Shown here: positions 55,161 through 64,000 of the stretch, in pieces
How the letters are laid out: the number at the start of each line of letters is the position of its first letter
Position numbering within the stretch: the stretch's first letter is position 1
Origin: Burkholderiales bacterium
GTDB lineage: Bacteria > Pseudomonadota > Gammaproteobacteria > Burkholderiales > Usitatibacteraceae
Direction of reading: 5' to 3'
Assembly: GCA_025359985.1 (NCBI GenBank)
Contig: JANYDB010000012.1
Coordinates: 4,800-68,799 of the forward strand
Length of the DNA stretch: 64,000 bases
Notes under the pieces: model-generated
Told to the model about the DNA's origin: nothing
The model's input: the letters and a program-made list of their open reading frames with translations, nothing else
Database searches by the model: none
Position numbers and translations under genes: made by a program

Positions 55161-56099
55161 TCATTTCTTCAGCCTCGGATTCAACACATCACGCAACTGA
55201 TCTGCGACGAGGTTGATCGACATGATCGTCAACAATAGTGCGAGACCGGGATAAAACGAAATCCAGTATTTGCCACTCATCAAATAGGTGAAGCCGTTGG
55301 ATATTAAAAGCCCTAGTGAAGGCTCGGTAATGGGCAAGCCAAGCCCCAGAAAAGATAGGGTTGATTCCAGCGCAATCGCATGCGCGACCTGTACCGTGGC
55401 GACCACAATCAACGGCGGCAAACAATTCGGCAACATATGGCAAAACAAAATCCGCGTTTTCGAAAGCGCCAGCACTTTTGCGGCCTCAATATATTCTTTC
55501 TGCTTTTCCACCAGCGCCGAAGCGCGCACGGTGCGTGCGTAATAGGCCCACTGCACCGTGATGAGCGCAACGATAATCTTATCCGCACCCTGCCCGAGCA
55601 CCGCCAACAAAATCAGCGCAATCAAAATCGCCGGAAACGAAAGTTGAATATCAACTACGCGCATGATCAAGGTATCGACCCAGCCGCTAAAATACGCTGC
55701 GATCATGCCGAAAAATAATCCAATCGCCAGTGCGAATACGGTGCTTGCTATCCCCACGCCGAGCGAGATTCGCAGTCCATAGAAAATAGCCGACAGCATA
55801 TCGCGACCCTGGTCATCGGTGCCCAGTAAATGGGTATGACCTGCGCCCGATTTTTCGCCGGGCGCAAGCTTTGAATCCATAATGTCCAGCTGGCTGAGAT
55901 CATAAGGGTTCTGCGGTGAAATCAGCGGCGCAAAAATCGCGATGAGAATAATCATCGTCAATAGCATTAAGCCAATTAATGCTAATCTTGATTCAGAAAA
56001 GTCGCTCCAAAAGCGCTGCAGTGGGCTTTCAATTCGGGGCGCCTCGCCAAACGACAGTGCGGATTTTGTTGCGCGTTTTAACCAGGCAGCTGCATTCAT
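55161..56099 (-). CDS. Peptide/nickel ABC transporter permease (DppC/OppC-like)
   Basis: It is a polytopic permease with an EAA-like loop (YIEAAKVLALSKTRILFCHMLPN). Confidence 0.88.
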   Translation of the reverse strand: MNAAAWLKRATKSALSFGEAPRIESPLQRFWSDFSESRLALIGLMLLTMIILIAIFAPLISPQNPYDLSQLDIMDSKLAPGEKSGAGHTHLLGTDDQGRDMLSAIFYGLRISLGVGIASTVFALAIGLFFGMIAAYFSGWVDTLIMRVVDIQLSFPAILIALILLAVLGQGADKIIVALITVQWAYYARTVRASALVEKQKEYIEAAKVLALSKTRILFCHMLPNCLPPLIVVATVQVAHAIALESTLSFLGLGLPITEPSLGLLISNGFTYLMSGKYWISFYPGLALLLTIMSINLVADQLRDVLNPRLKK

Positions 56100-56100
56100 C

Positions 56101-57087
56101 TCAATGTCCTCCGCCAGATTGCGCGCCTAAACGAACGCGTGGATCCAGCACGGAATACACCACATCCACCAAAAAATTGATGAAAATAAACAAGCTCACA
56201 ATCACCAGTAAATATGCCACGATCACCGGGCGATCCAGCTGGTTAATCGAATCGATCAAGAGCTTTCCCGTGCCTGGCCATGCGAAGATGGTCTCCGTCA
56301 CAATCGCAAATGCGATTACTGAGCCAAACTCCAAGCCAATCACCGTGACAATCGGAATCATGATGTTTTTTAAAACATGCACACCAATCACCCGGGTGTT
56401 CGAAAGTCCCTTCGCGCGGGCAAACTTTACATAATCCTGCAGCAGCGCCTCGCGTGTGCCTGAGCGTGTGAGGCGAATCAGCAGTGAGAGCTTGAACAGC
56501 GCGAGATTAAAGGCGGGCATGAATAAATGCGTCAAACCATCCCAGGTTAAGAAGCTCACCGGAATACCCAACACATCGACCGTATCGCCGCGACCGTTTG
56601 AGGGCAGCCAGCCCAGATGCACCGAGAAAAACATGATCAGCACCAAGCCAACCCAAAATGTCGGTAATGAAAATCCGATAATAGACAGTGCCATAATCGC
56701 GCGGCCTACAAATGAGTCGGGCTTTAAGCCGGCGATCAGACCCAGCGGAATTCCCACCACCACCGCGATCATCGTGGCGAACAGTGCCAGTTCGATCGTG
56801 GCCGGCAGTTTTTGCAGAATCAATGAAAGTGCGGGCACATTGAATACAAATGACCGCCCAAAATCGCCTGTGGAAGCCGTGCCTAAAAACGCCAGATATT
56901 GGGCATAAAACGGCTTGTCCAAACCCATCGCGATGGTGGCGCGCAATCGTTCTGCATCATCTGCCTGCGGGTTGATCAATAATTCAACCGGGTTGCCAAT
57001 CGCATATACGCCCACAAACACGAGGAACGACATCATCAGGAGTACAAAGCCTGATTGAAATAATCGTCGAAGGGTGTATGAGAGCAT
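56101..57087 (-). CDS. Peptide/nickel ABC transporter permease (DppB/OppB-like)
   Basis: It begins MLSYTLRRLFQSGFVLLMMSFLVF (typical of DppB) and has the EAA loop YVKFARAKGLSNTRVIGVHVLKN. Confidence 0.88.
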   Translation of the reverse strand: MLSYTLRRLFQSGFVLLMMSFLVFVGVYAIGNPVELLINPQADDAERLRATIAMGLDKPFYAQYLAFLGTASTGDFGRSFVFNVPALSLILQKLPATIELALFATMIAVVVGIPLGLIAGLKPDSFVGRAIMALSIIGFSLPTFWVGLVLIMFFSVHLGWLPSNGRGDTVDVLGIPVSFLTWDGLTHLFMPAFNLALFKLSLLIRLTRSGTREALLQDYVKFARAKGLSNTRVIGVHVLKNIMIPIVTVIGLEFGSVIAFAIVTETIFAWPGTGKLLIDSINQLDRPVIVAYLLVIVSLFIFINFLVDVVYSVLDPRVRLGAQSGGGH

Positions 57088-57157
57088 GAGGCCGATTTTC
57101 AGTCGAATACAAAAACGATAGCTTTAACGAGCGTATTGGGGCGGTGTGAGAAAAGGT

Positions 57158-58789
57158 TTATTTGGCGAGCTTTAAATTCATGGCCAGTGTGTACTGATCG
57201 GTGCGCGGTATGTATTTGAGTGCCTTGGTCGTGGCCCAGGTGCTCACCTCATAGTGCAAAGGAATCAGGCCTACATCCTCCATGGCCATTTCGGCTGCGC
57301 GCTGAATCATGCTTTCGCGCTTCTTGTCATCCATCGTTACCAGCGCTTCGCCCAGCGCTTTGTCGAACGCCGGGTTTGAGTAGCGGCCACGGTTTGTTAC
57401 GCCCATGCCTTTAGCGGTGTCATAGGTCGCCAGCAGCGAGCGCAACGCGGAACCTTGTTCGCCCGACTCGGTACCCCAGCCCAGCACCATATAGCTAAAC
57501 TCCAGTTTGCTGGCGCGAGTGAAGTAAACGCTTGAGGGCATCGTGTCAACCTTCACTTCAATGCCGATGCGCGAATAAAACTGTGCGATGGTCTGCGCAA
57601 TCGCAGCATCGTTGATGTAGCGATTATTCGGGCCGTGGATGGTCATTGCAAAGCCGTTGGGATAGCCCGCCTCAGCCAGTAATTTTTTGGCGCCCTCCGG
57701 GTCAAATTTCGCAGGCTTTAATTTTCGGCTGGTGCCAAAAAAATTATCGGCCAGCAATTGGGATGCGGCCACGGCGCGACCTTCCATAACGCGGCTGACA
57801 ATAGCATCACGGTTGATCGCCATCGACAACGCTTTGCGCACACGCAAATCTTTCAGCGGGTTTTTTTCAAGCGCCTTGCCGGCCTTGTCAGTCAAAAACA
57901 CAGGCGCTTTATCCTGATGCTGATTCAGGTGGGCATAAATAACGCGGTTTGATACTTTATTAGAAAGCGCAAATTTAGTGTTTTTTTCGAGCTGTGAAAT
58001 ATCGGCAGTGGGTACAGTCTCGATCATCTCCACGTTGCCTGACAGCAGTGCTGCTACCCGCGCTGCAGGACTTGTCAGCATTTTGAACGTCACCTTGTCC
58101 CACGGCTCTTCGCCGCCCCAATAATCATAATTGGCTTTGACTACGACCCGCTGGTTGGCGACATATTCCACAAATTTGTACGGGCCCGTGCCAATCGCGG
58201 CTTTACCTGAGTTGTAATCATCAGTCGTGGCTTTTTCACCCACTGCTTTTGAAATAATCGCCACTGCCGTTAAGTCTGACGGTAATAAAGGATGTGGAAA
58301 AGCCGTTTTGAAAATAATGGTGTGGAGATCAATAATTTTTACATCAATGATGGGCTTGGTAAAAGTGGCAAATGAAGACGGGCTATTCGGCACATTTGGC
58401 ACACGTTTGAGGGTGAAGGCAACATCATCAGCGGTAAACGCCGAGCCGTCATGCCAGCGCACATTTTTGCGCAGCTTAAATTCCCAGGTCGTATCATCAA
58501 TTGCGCGCCATGATGTGGCGAGGGCCGGTGTCAGTTTTTGATTTTCATCGGGCGCAACTAGTGGTTGAAAGATGTGCCTTAGCGTGCTGTTGTTCGGGCC
58601 AACATTGTGATAATGCGGATCCATTGATGTAATGGCTGCTTGCAGGCCAATAGAAATATCGCGGGCATGTGCCGATTTTGTTGCAGCCTGTGTTGATGTT
58701 TGCGCTGCGGCTCCTGATGTCACGGCATACGTAAGCGACATTGGAACAGTTGCAAGCAGAGCAGTAAAAATACGGTGAACATAAATCAT
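57158..58789 (-). CDS. Family-5 (peptide/nickel) ABC substrate-binding protein (DppA/OppA-like)
   Basis: It has a signal peptide, is about 540 aa, and has SBP_bac_5-like motifs (WHDGSAFTADDV). It is the first gene of the array. Confidence 0.85.
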   Translation of the reverse strand: MIYVHRIFTALLATVPMSLTYAVTSGAAAQTSTQAATKSAHARDISIGLQAAITSMDPHYHNVGPNNSTLRHIFQPLVAPDENQKLTPALATSWRAIDDTTWEFKLRKNVRWHDGSAFTADDVAFTLKRVPNVPNSPSSFATFTKPIIDVKIIDLHTIIFKTAFPHPLLPSDLTAVAIISKAVGEKATTDDYNSGKAAIGTGPYKFVEYVANQRVVVKANYDYWGGEEPWDKVTFKMLTSPAARVAALLSGNVEMIETVPTADISQLEKNTKFALSNKVSNRVIYAHLNQHQDKAPVFLTDKAGKALEKNPLKDLRVRKALSMAINRDAIVSRVMEGRAVAASQLLADNFFGTSRKLKPAKFDPEGAKKLLAEAGYPNGFAMTIHGPNNRYINDAAIAQTIAQFYSRIGIEVKVDTMPSSVYFTRASKLEFSYMVLGWGTESGEQGSALRSLLATYDTAKGMGVTNRGRYSNPAFDKALGEALVTMDDKKRESMIQRAAEMAMEDVGLIPLHYEVSTWATTKALKYIPRTDQYTLAMNLKLAK

Positions 58790-58881
58790 GAGGCTTCCTG
58801 ACAGGCGGTAGTAATTAATTTTATGGGTTGTAATAACGATCTCAACGATAATAACCTAACACCTCGGGTCAAGGAACTTGT

Positions 58882-59241
58882 ATGGGCAAGATCGACAATT
58901 TTGAGAAACTATTGGCATCTGGCAAAGATTCAGCGCTCCTGCGATTTTCGCTGGGCCATGAATATTTGAAACTTGATGACGCGACTAAAGCTAGCGAACA
59001 TCTGCGCGCTGCCATCGTGCAAGACTCGGGCTATTCAGCCGCATGGAAACTGCTGGGCAAAAGTTTGGCGCAGCTTAATGATGTGCCCGGCGCAATAGAG
59101 GCCTATACCCAAGGCATTGCTGCTGCTAGCGCTAAAGGCGACAAGCAGGCCGCAAAAGAAATGACGATATTTTTGAGGCGCTTGGTGATGGCTGCCGCCC
59201 TGCCCCCATGTCCGCCCGCCCAAGCGCCTAAAGTGCCATAA
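58882..59241 (+). CDS. Small tetratricopeptide-repeat protein
   Basis: It has TPR-like helices (ALLRFSLGHEYLKLDDATKASEHLRAAI..., AAWKLLGKSLAQLNDVPGAIEAYTQGI). Confidence 0.6.
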   Translation: MGKIDNFEKLLASGKDSALLRFSLGHEYLKLDDATKASEHLRAAIVQDSGYSAAWKLLGKSLAQLNDVPGAIEAYTQGIAAASAKGDKQAAKEMTIFLRRLVMAAALPPCPPAQAPKVP

Positions 59242-59354
59242 TCATAAAAATTATTTGATGATGAAAAGCCGTAAGAACAGTGATGGACGCGGTGTTTGGG
59301 TCGGCACCTGGGCCTATTTGGGGACGACGGTGGGTGCGACGGCAGCAGCAAACG

Positions 59355-60503
59355 CTATTGCCGAGAGGCCAGGAATGCGTGAATTTGCTCAGCCTCTATT
59401 GATGCATTAACATAAGCCTCGCCGATGGACTTCAGCAGGATGAGCTTGATCGTGCCAGCTTCATTTTTTTTATCGCGGCCCATATGTTGCAACAAAATAT
59501 CGGCTGAAATTTTGGCATGCTCAATAGGCAAAGCGGTTGGTAATCCGGCATCATGAATAAGCTGGCGCGCTTGTTCAACGTCGGCCGTACTTAGGTCGCC
59601 GAGTTGCTGCGAAAATTGTGCCGCCAGCACCATGCCGCAGGCGACGGCCTCACCATGCAGCCACGTGCCATAACCGAGCGCGGTTTCAATCGCATGTCCA
59701 AAGGTATGCCCCAAATTCAGTAACGCGCGGCCACCCTCTTTGGCGGTTTCGCGTTCATCGGCCGCGACAACGGCCGCTTTAAGTTCACATGAGCGATGGA
59801 CGGCGTGTGTAAGCGCCGCCGCATCGCGCTGTAAAAGCCGATCCATATTGGTTTCAAGCCAACTAAAAAAAGGCCGATCCAAAATTAAGCCATACTTGAT
59901 CACCTCAGCCAGGCCGGAACGATATTCACGGTCAGGCAAAGTTTTTAATGCGTCGGTATCGGCCAATACGAGCTGCGGCTGATAAAACGCGCCGATCATA
60001 TTTTTGCCACGCTGATGGTTAATTGCGGTTTTGCCACCCACTGAAGAATCAACTTGTGCGAGCAGAGTGGTGGGGATCTGTATGAACGGTACTCCGCGCT
60101 GGTATGTGGCGGCGGCAAAACCTGTGATGTCACCTATAACGCCGCCACCCAAAGCGAGTAATGTAGTTTTACGATCGCTTGACTGTTCGAGCAGCGCATC
60201 ATAAATTTTATTGAGCGTTGTCCCATCTTTGTAGACCTCGCCGTCGGGCAAAATAATGGGCGTGACATTGACGCTTGCGTTGGTCAGCGTTGTAGCCAGC
60301 GTCTGCCCAAATAGCGGCCACAAGGTTTCGTTGGTCACTAACATCACCCGTGGCTGAGGAAGGTAGGGCGTTAGCAAGGCGGCATTCGCCAGCAAACCTT
60401 GACCAATCAAAATCGGATAAGTGCGCTCAGCAAGCGATACGGTCAGCCTCTGCGTCTCGATGGAGATCGGCGCTGGTTTAATCATGGGTGTGATGGTAGA
60501 CAC
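59355..60503 (-). CDS. aroB: 3-dehydroquinate synthase
   Basis: It has GGGVIGDITGFAAATYQRGVPFIQIPTTLLAQVDSSVGGKT and the metal-site motif HTFGHAIE. The start is GTG, with an alternative internal ATG. Confidence 0.95.
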   Translation of the reverse strand: MSTITPMIKPAPISIETQRLTVSLAERTYPILIGQGLLANAALLTPYLPQPRVMLVTNETLWPLFGQTLATTLTNASVNVTPIILPDGEVYKDGTTLNKIYDALLEQSSDRKTTLLALGGGVIGDITGFAAATYQRGVPFIQIPTTLLAQVDSSVGGKTAINHQRGKNMIGAFYQPQLVLADTDALKTLPDREYRSGLAEVIKYGLILDRPFFSWLETNMDRLLQRDAAALTHAVHRSCELKAAVVAADERETAKEGGRALLNLGHTFGHAIETALGYGTWLHGEAVACGMVLAAQFSQQLGDLSTADVEQARQLIHDAGLPTALPIEHAKISADILLQHMGRDKKNEAGTIKLILLKSIGEAYVNASIEAEQIHAFLASRQ

Positions 60504-60593
60504 AGATTTATAAAGACCTAACGAGGGATTAGTAAAGGATTAGGAAGGGTTTAGTGAGCGCCCAGTACAGGCATAGAGAAGCAATTTGACACG

Positions 60594-61124
60594 TTATGGC
60601 CACAGCCCGCTCTGTTCAAGTCGCTCGATAATTTGATCTGCCAGATTGGTCGCGTGCAGCCGACCGGTATCGATAACTAGGTGCGCCGTCTCATTGTAAA
60701 GTGGTTCCCGAAAATCGAGTAATGCACGCAGCACAGTAATCGGGTTAGCGCCCTGTAAAAGCGGACGCTTGGTGTCACGCAAGGTGCGGGCTAATAGGTT
60801 ATCCAAGTCTGCACGCAAATAGATAACAATGCCGTGGTCGCGCATCAATTTACGGCTTTCGCTGGCTAGAATTGCACCCCCACCTGTGGCGAGGATGGTG
60901 CTATTGGCCGTAACAAGTTCCGCGATTAGCTGTATTTCTCGCGTACGAAAACCGGCTTCGCCTTCTATTTCAAAAATAGTCGCAATCGACACACCGGTTC
61001 TACTCACTATTTCTTGATCCGCATCGATAAAGCTTAGCCCCAAACGATTAGCAAGGGCTTTACCTAAAGTGCTCTTGCCTGCACCTGGCATGCCGATCAA
61101 AAAAATATTGTGTCGCGAAGTCAT
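60594..61124 (-). CDS. aroK: Shikimate kinase
   Basis: It has Walker A GMPGAGKST, the motif FRTRE, and ATGGG. Confidence 0.95.
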   Translation of the reverse strand: MTSRHNIFLIGMPGAGKSTLGKALANRLGLSFIDADQEIVSRTGVSIATIFEIEGEAGFRTREIQLIAELVTANSTILATGGGAILASESRKLMRDHGIVIYLRADLDNLLARTLRDTKRPLLQGANPITVLRALLDFREPLYNETAHLVIDTGRLHATNLADQIIERLEQSGLWP

Positions 61125-61220
61125 GTCAGATGCGAATGATGTTGTGGGCGGTGGCTATGAGAGATAGCTACCAAGGCATGGAGTTTTTTTGATATTAAAA
61201 ACGCAATGGTAATACACATA

Positions 61221-61252
61221 AAAATAAAACGGGGCGCTAACTGCAGCGCCCC
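61221..61252 (-). terminator. Rho-independent terminator after pilQ
   Basis: The stem ggggcgct / agcgcccc is followed on the minus strand by a T-rich run (ttttatttt). Confidence 0.65.
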
Positions 61253-61326
61253 GAATATTGAGTGGATGGATTATGGTTATTGGATACTTTCCATCTTTTG
61301 AAGTTTAGAAAAGGTGAGCAGGTCTG

Positions 61327-63453
61327 TTATCGAATAGTTAATTGATCTTTGATAATGCGCGGGGTGATGAAGATCAGCAGTTCGGTTTTGTCTTCTTGTT
61401 TTTTTGTGGTTTTGAACAAATTTCCTATAAAAGGAATGTCACCTAATAAAGGAACCTTGGTGGTGTCCGTCCGGGAAACTTGTTCATAGATTCCACCAAG
61501 AACTGCAGTGTCACCGTTATCTACTAATATTTGGGTTTTCAGTGTTCGAGTATCAATTGATGGAACTCCACCAGTTCCACCCGTTAAAATTGCCCCCACA
61601 GCGTCTTTTTTGATCTCTAAATCCATAATGATTTTATCATCGGGCGTGATTTGCGGCGTAACGTCCAGCGACAATATGGCTTGCTTAAAGGATATTGTGG
61701 AACCACCGCTTGCGGCTTGAGTTAAATAAGGAATTTCAGTGCCTTGAGTAATAATGGCTTTTTTCTTATCTGCCGTCATGATTCGGGGGCTGGAAACAAC
61801 CTTGCCGCGATTTTCGGATTCCAAGGCTGATAGTTCCAAATTAACAATATTGCCATTGCCTAAGTTAAGAATAGTCATCGCTAACGAACCTGCAGCGCCG
61901 GCAACGGGTAAGTTAACATTTAGGTCCCCAGATGGAATTCCGCCGTTTGCTATCCCGCGGGTTGTTCCTAAATTAGCGCCAATGCCTACATTACGACCGC
62001 TCGAAGTGAAGCCCGATCCCGTGCCAAATCTTGCACCAAGTTCGCGTCCATACTTATCGTCGGCAATTACAATGCGTGCTTCTATCAACACCTGACGAAC
62101 AGGCACATCAAGCTGACTGATTAAGCGACGCACTTCTTCAAGGCGGGATGGCACATCCTGTACAAATAAGGTGTTTGTGCGTGCATCAGTAGTTGCCGAA
62201 CCGCGTTTGGACAGAATTTTTTGTGTTCCACCTGAAAGTAAGGTTTGAATATCCGATGCTTTTGCATAAGATATTACAAAACTTTCGGTACGCAATGGCT
62301 CTAATTCAATAATTTGCTGCTTGGCTTCGAGCTCCAATTTTTCTTTCGTGGCGAGCTCATCTGATGGCGCGATCAAAACTACATTGCCATTCTTGCGTTT
62401 GGATAAACCTTTTGATTGCAAAATAATATCGAGAGCCTGATCCCAGGGCACGTCTTTTAAACGAAGCGTCAAATTGCCGCCTACCGTGTCGCTAGCAATG
62501 ATATTTAGCCCCGTGAAGTCGGCGATAACCTGAAGCAGAGCGCGCACCTCAACCGCCTGGAAATTCAGCGTCAGCTTTTCACCACTGTAACCAGCTGTTT
62601 GCACGAGCTTGTTCGGGTCTTCTTTTATGGGTTTGATTTCAACAATAAACTGGGTATCAGTTTGATAAGCCGAATATTCCCACAATCCGGCGGGGGTAAT
62701 AACCAAACGCGCATTCCCGCCTTGATCCAGCACATCCACAGTTTTGACGGGCGTTGCATAGTCGTTTACATCCAGTCGACGCACTAGGTTACGCGGCATG
62801 TTGGTATTGGCAAAATCAACAATAACATTTCTACCTTGCTGCCGAATATCAATCCCAATGCCGGGTGAGGAAAGGTCAACAATGACACGGCCTTCGCCGT
62901 TGTTGCCGCGCCGGAAATCCACATCTTTAATGCTCTGCCTAACCGCCGCTGAGGCGGGCGCGGGTTCAGCAAACTTGGTTACGGGTACGACATCTTTAAT
63001 CACACTCTGCGATGCTGAATCAATCGTTATTAATAAAGACTTGCCTTCAAGAGTCGCGGTGTAGGTAAGTACGCGCGTCAAATTGAAAACCATGCGGGTG
63101 CGGCTTGACGCTTCAATGACGCTAACCGAACGAATATCGCCTTCTCCGATGTCGACATTGCTTTTTCCTAAACCGTTAGTGGTATTGGGCAAATCCAATG
63201 CGATACGCGCAGGATTGGTTACCGTGAAACCTATCGGGAGCGCCTTCAAGGGTTCTCTGAAATTGATGCGAACAACTACCTTGCCGCTTTGCAGCGCGGT
63301 GGTATTAATCGATTCCAGCAAATTTTTTGCGAGGTCTTGAGAAACGGCGGAGAAACTTGCCGCGATACCCAATAACAAAGCTGCATATAAATGTAATCGA
63401 CGTAAGCCATTCAGGCGGGCGTAACGAGAGAGGGGGGTGGCGTGCTTATACAT
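61327..63453 (-). CDS. pilQ: Type IV pilus secretin PilQ
   Basis: It has N-terminal AMIN-like repeats and a C-terminal secretin domain (VPLLGDIPFIGNLFK...ELLIFITPRI). Confidence 0.93.
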   Translation of the reverse strand: MYKHATPLSRYARLNGLRRLHLYAALLLGIAASFSAVSQDLAKNLLESINTTALQSGKVVVRINFREPLKALPIGFTVTNPARIALDLPNTTNGLGKSNVDIGEGDIRSVSVIEASSRTRMVFNLTRVLTYTATLEGKSLLITIDSASQSVIKDVVPVTKFAEPAPASAAVRQSIKDVDFRRGNNGEGRVIVDLSSPGIGIDIRQQGRNVIVDFANTNMPRNLVRRLDVNDYATPVKTVDVLDQGGNARLVITPAGLWEYSAYQTDTQFIVEIKPIKEDPNKLVQTAGYSGEKLTLNFQAVEVRALLQVIADFTGLNIIASDTVGGNLTLRLKDVPWDQALDIILQSKGLSKRKNGNVVLIAPSDELATKEKLELEAKQQIIELEPLRTESFVISYAKASDIQTLLSGGTQKILSKRGSATTDARTNTLFVQDVPSRLEEVRRLISQLDVPVRQVLIEARIVIADDKYGRELGARFGTGSGFTSSGRNVGIGANLGTTRGIANGGIPSGDLNVNLPVAGAAGSLAMTILNLGNGNIVNLELSALESENRGKVVSSPRIMTADKKKAIITQGTEIPYLTQAASGGSTISFKQAILSLDVTPQITPDDKIIMDLEIKKDAVGAILTGGTGGVPSIDTRTLKTQILVDNGDTAVLGGIYEQVSRTDTTKVPLLGDIPFIGNLFKTTKKQEDKTELLIFITPRIIKDQLTIR

Positions 63454-63998
63454 TATTTACCTCCCGTTCCTTCCAACAGCGGAAGCACGCTTTCGCGCTC
63501 GGCCCAATCGCCGGCTGTGTCTTGAACGATTTCTTTAAGTTTAATTTCGGTGTCAGTAACGTCAGTAATCAAGCCGAAGTTCTGGCCGAGATAATTACCC
63601 TTTTTGATGCGGTACAACGTTTTTTCAGCACGCACCAAGGCAAACATCACATTGCCTTGTATGATTGTGCCGACCATTTTCAGTTGCTCTAATGGGAATG
63701 CTTCAAGAGGCTCTTTTCGGCGGTTCAAGTCAGGCGCCAGTCCGTTGGCGTTTGCATCTTGTTTGACCGTCAGCTTGCGCGGCCGAAATGGGTCGGGCAA
63801 GTCGAATCCTTCATAAGCAAATGGTTGAAAGGGTTGAACTTGCGGTAATGGATCAATTCGGCGCGGAATATTTTCCGATTGTTTGACGAATTGTTTTAAA
63901 TCGGCATAGCCCTCGCCGCAAGATACAAGTAATATAAGTGGCAAGATGAGCAGCGTCCGTTTTATAGATGAGGCCTGCTTACTGATGGGCCCGGTCAT
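63453..63998 (-). CDS. pilP: Type IV pilus assembly lipoprotein PilP
   Basis: It has the lipobox LLVSC and a PilP-like core (LEAFPLEQLKMVGTI...YLGQNFGLITDV). It overlaps the pilQ start by 1 nt. Confidence 0.85.
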   Translation of the reverse strand: MTGPISKQASSIKRTLLILPLILLVSCGEGYADLKQFVKQSENIPRRIDPLPQVQPFQPFAYEGFDLPDPFRPRKLTVKQDANANGLAPDLNRRKEPLEAFPLEQLKMVGTIIQGNVMFALVRAEKTLYRIKKGNYLGQNFGLITDVTDTEIKLKEIVQDTAGDWAERESVLPLLEGTGGK

Positions 63999-64000
63999 TT

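Noticed and set aside
59103-59351. An 82-aa minus-strand ORF lies between aroB and the TPR gene.
   Set aside because: It largely overlaps the TPR gene in antisense, is Pro/Ser/His-rich, and has no motifs.

Overview
This window is an origin-proximal core chromosome segment, with gene order typical of a betaproteobacterium; that assignment is an inference from synteny, with no search run and GC not computed. From left to right it holds: glnA (3' end), a DUF4124 gene and ntrBC; a long minus-strand block; then dnaA-dnaN-gyrB on the plus strand; then the remaining genes. The minus-strand block runs from a TauABC-like ABC transporter through an OMP, an HMG-CoA-lyase-like gene, a CoA transferase, an Hsp33-like gene, glmU, atpCDGAHFEBI, parBA, rsmG, mnmG, mnmE, yidC, yidD and rnpA to rpmH. 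After gyrB come an S9 peptidase, a topoisomerase-III-like gene, dprA, a LysM protein, def-fmt-rsmB, DUF4390-ntrYX-like genes, an AstE-like/FGase-like pair, a five-gene Dpp/Opp-type ABC transporter, a TPR protein, aroB-aroK and pilQ-pilP. Gene orientation flips at rpmH|dnaA, and DnaA boxes lie on both sides of dnaA. Two near-perfect parS palindromes flank mnmE. I found no rRNA, tRNA, CRISPR, transposase, integrase or recognisable defence or toxin genes, so I see no convincing novel system. The least explained parts are two tightly packed transport/catabolic gene arrays (4203-10951 and 51039-58789), several degenerate or extended variants of housekeeping proteins, and short direct repeats in a few intergenic regions. 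Many ORF-track starts look like upstream over-extensions, and I give my preferred starts where that applies.
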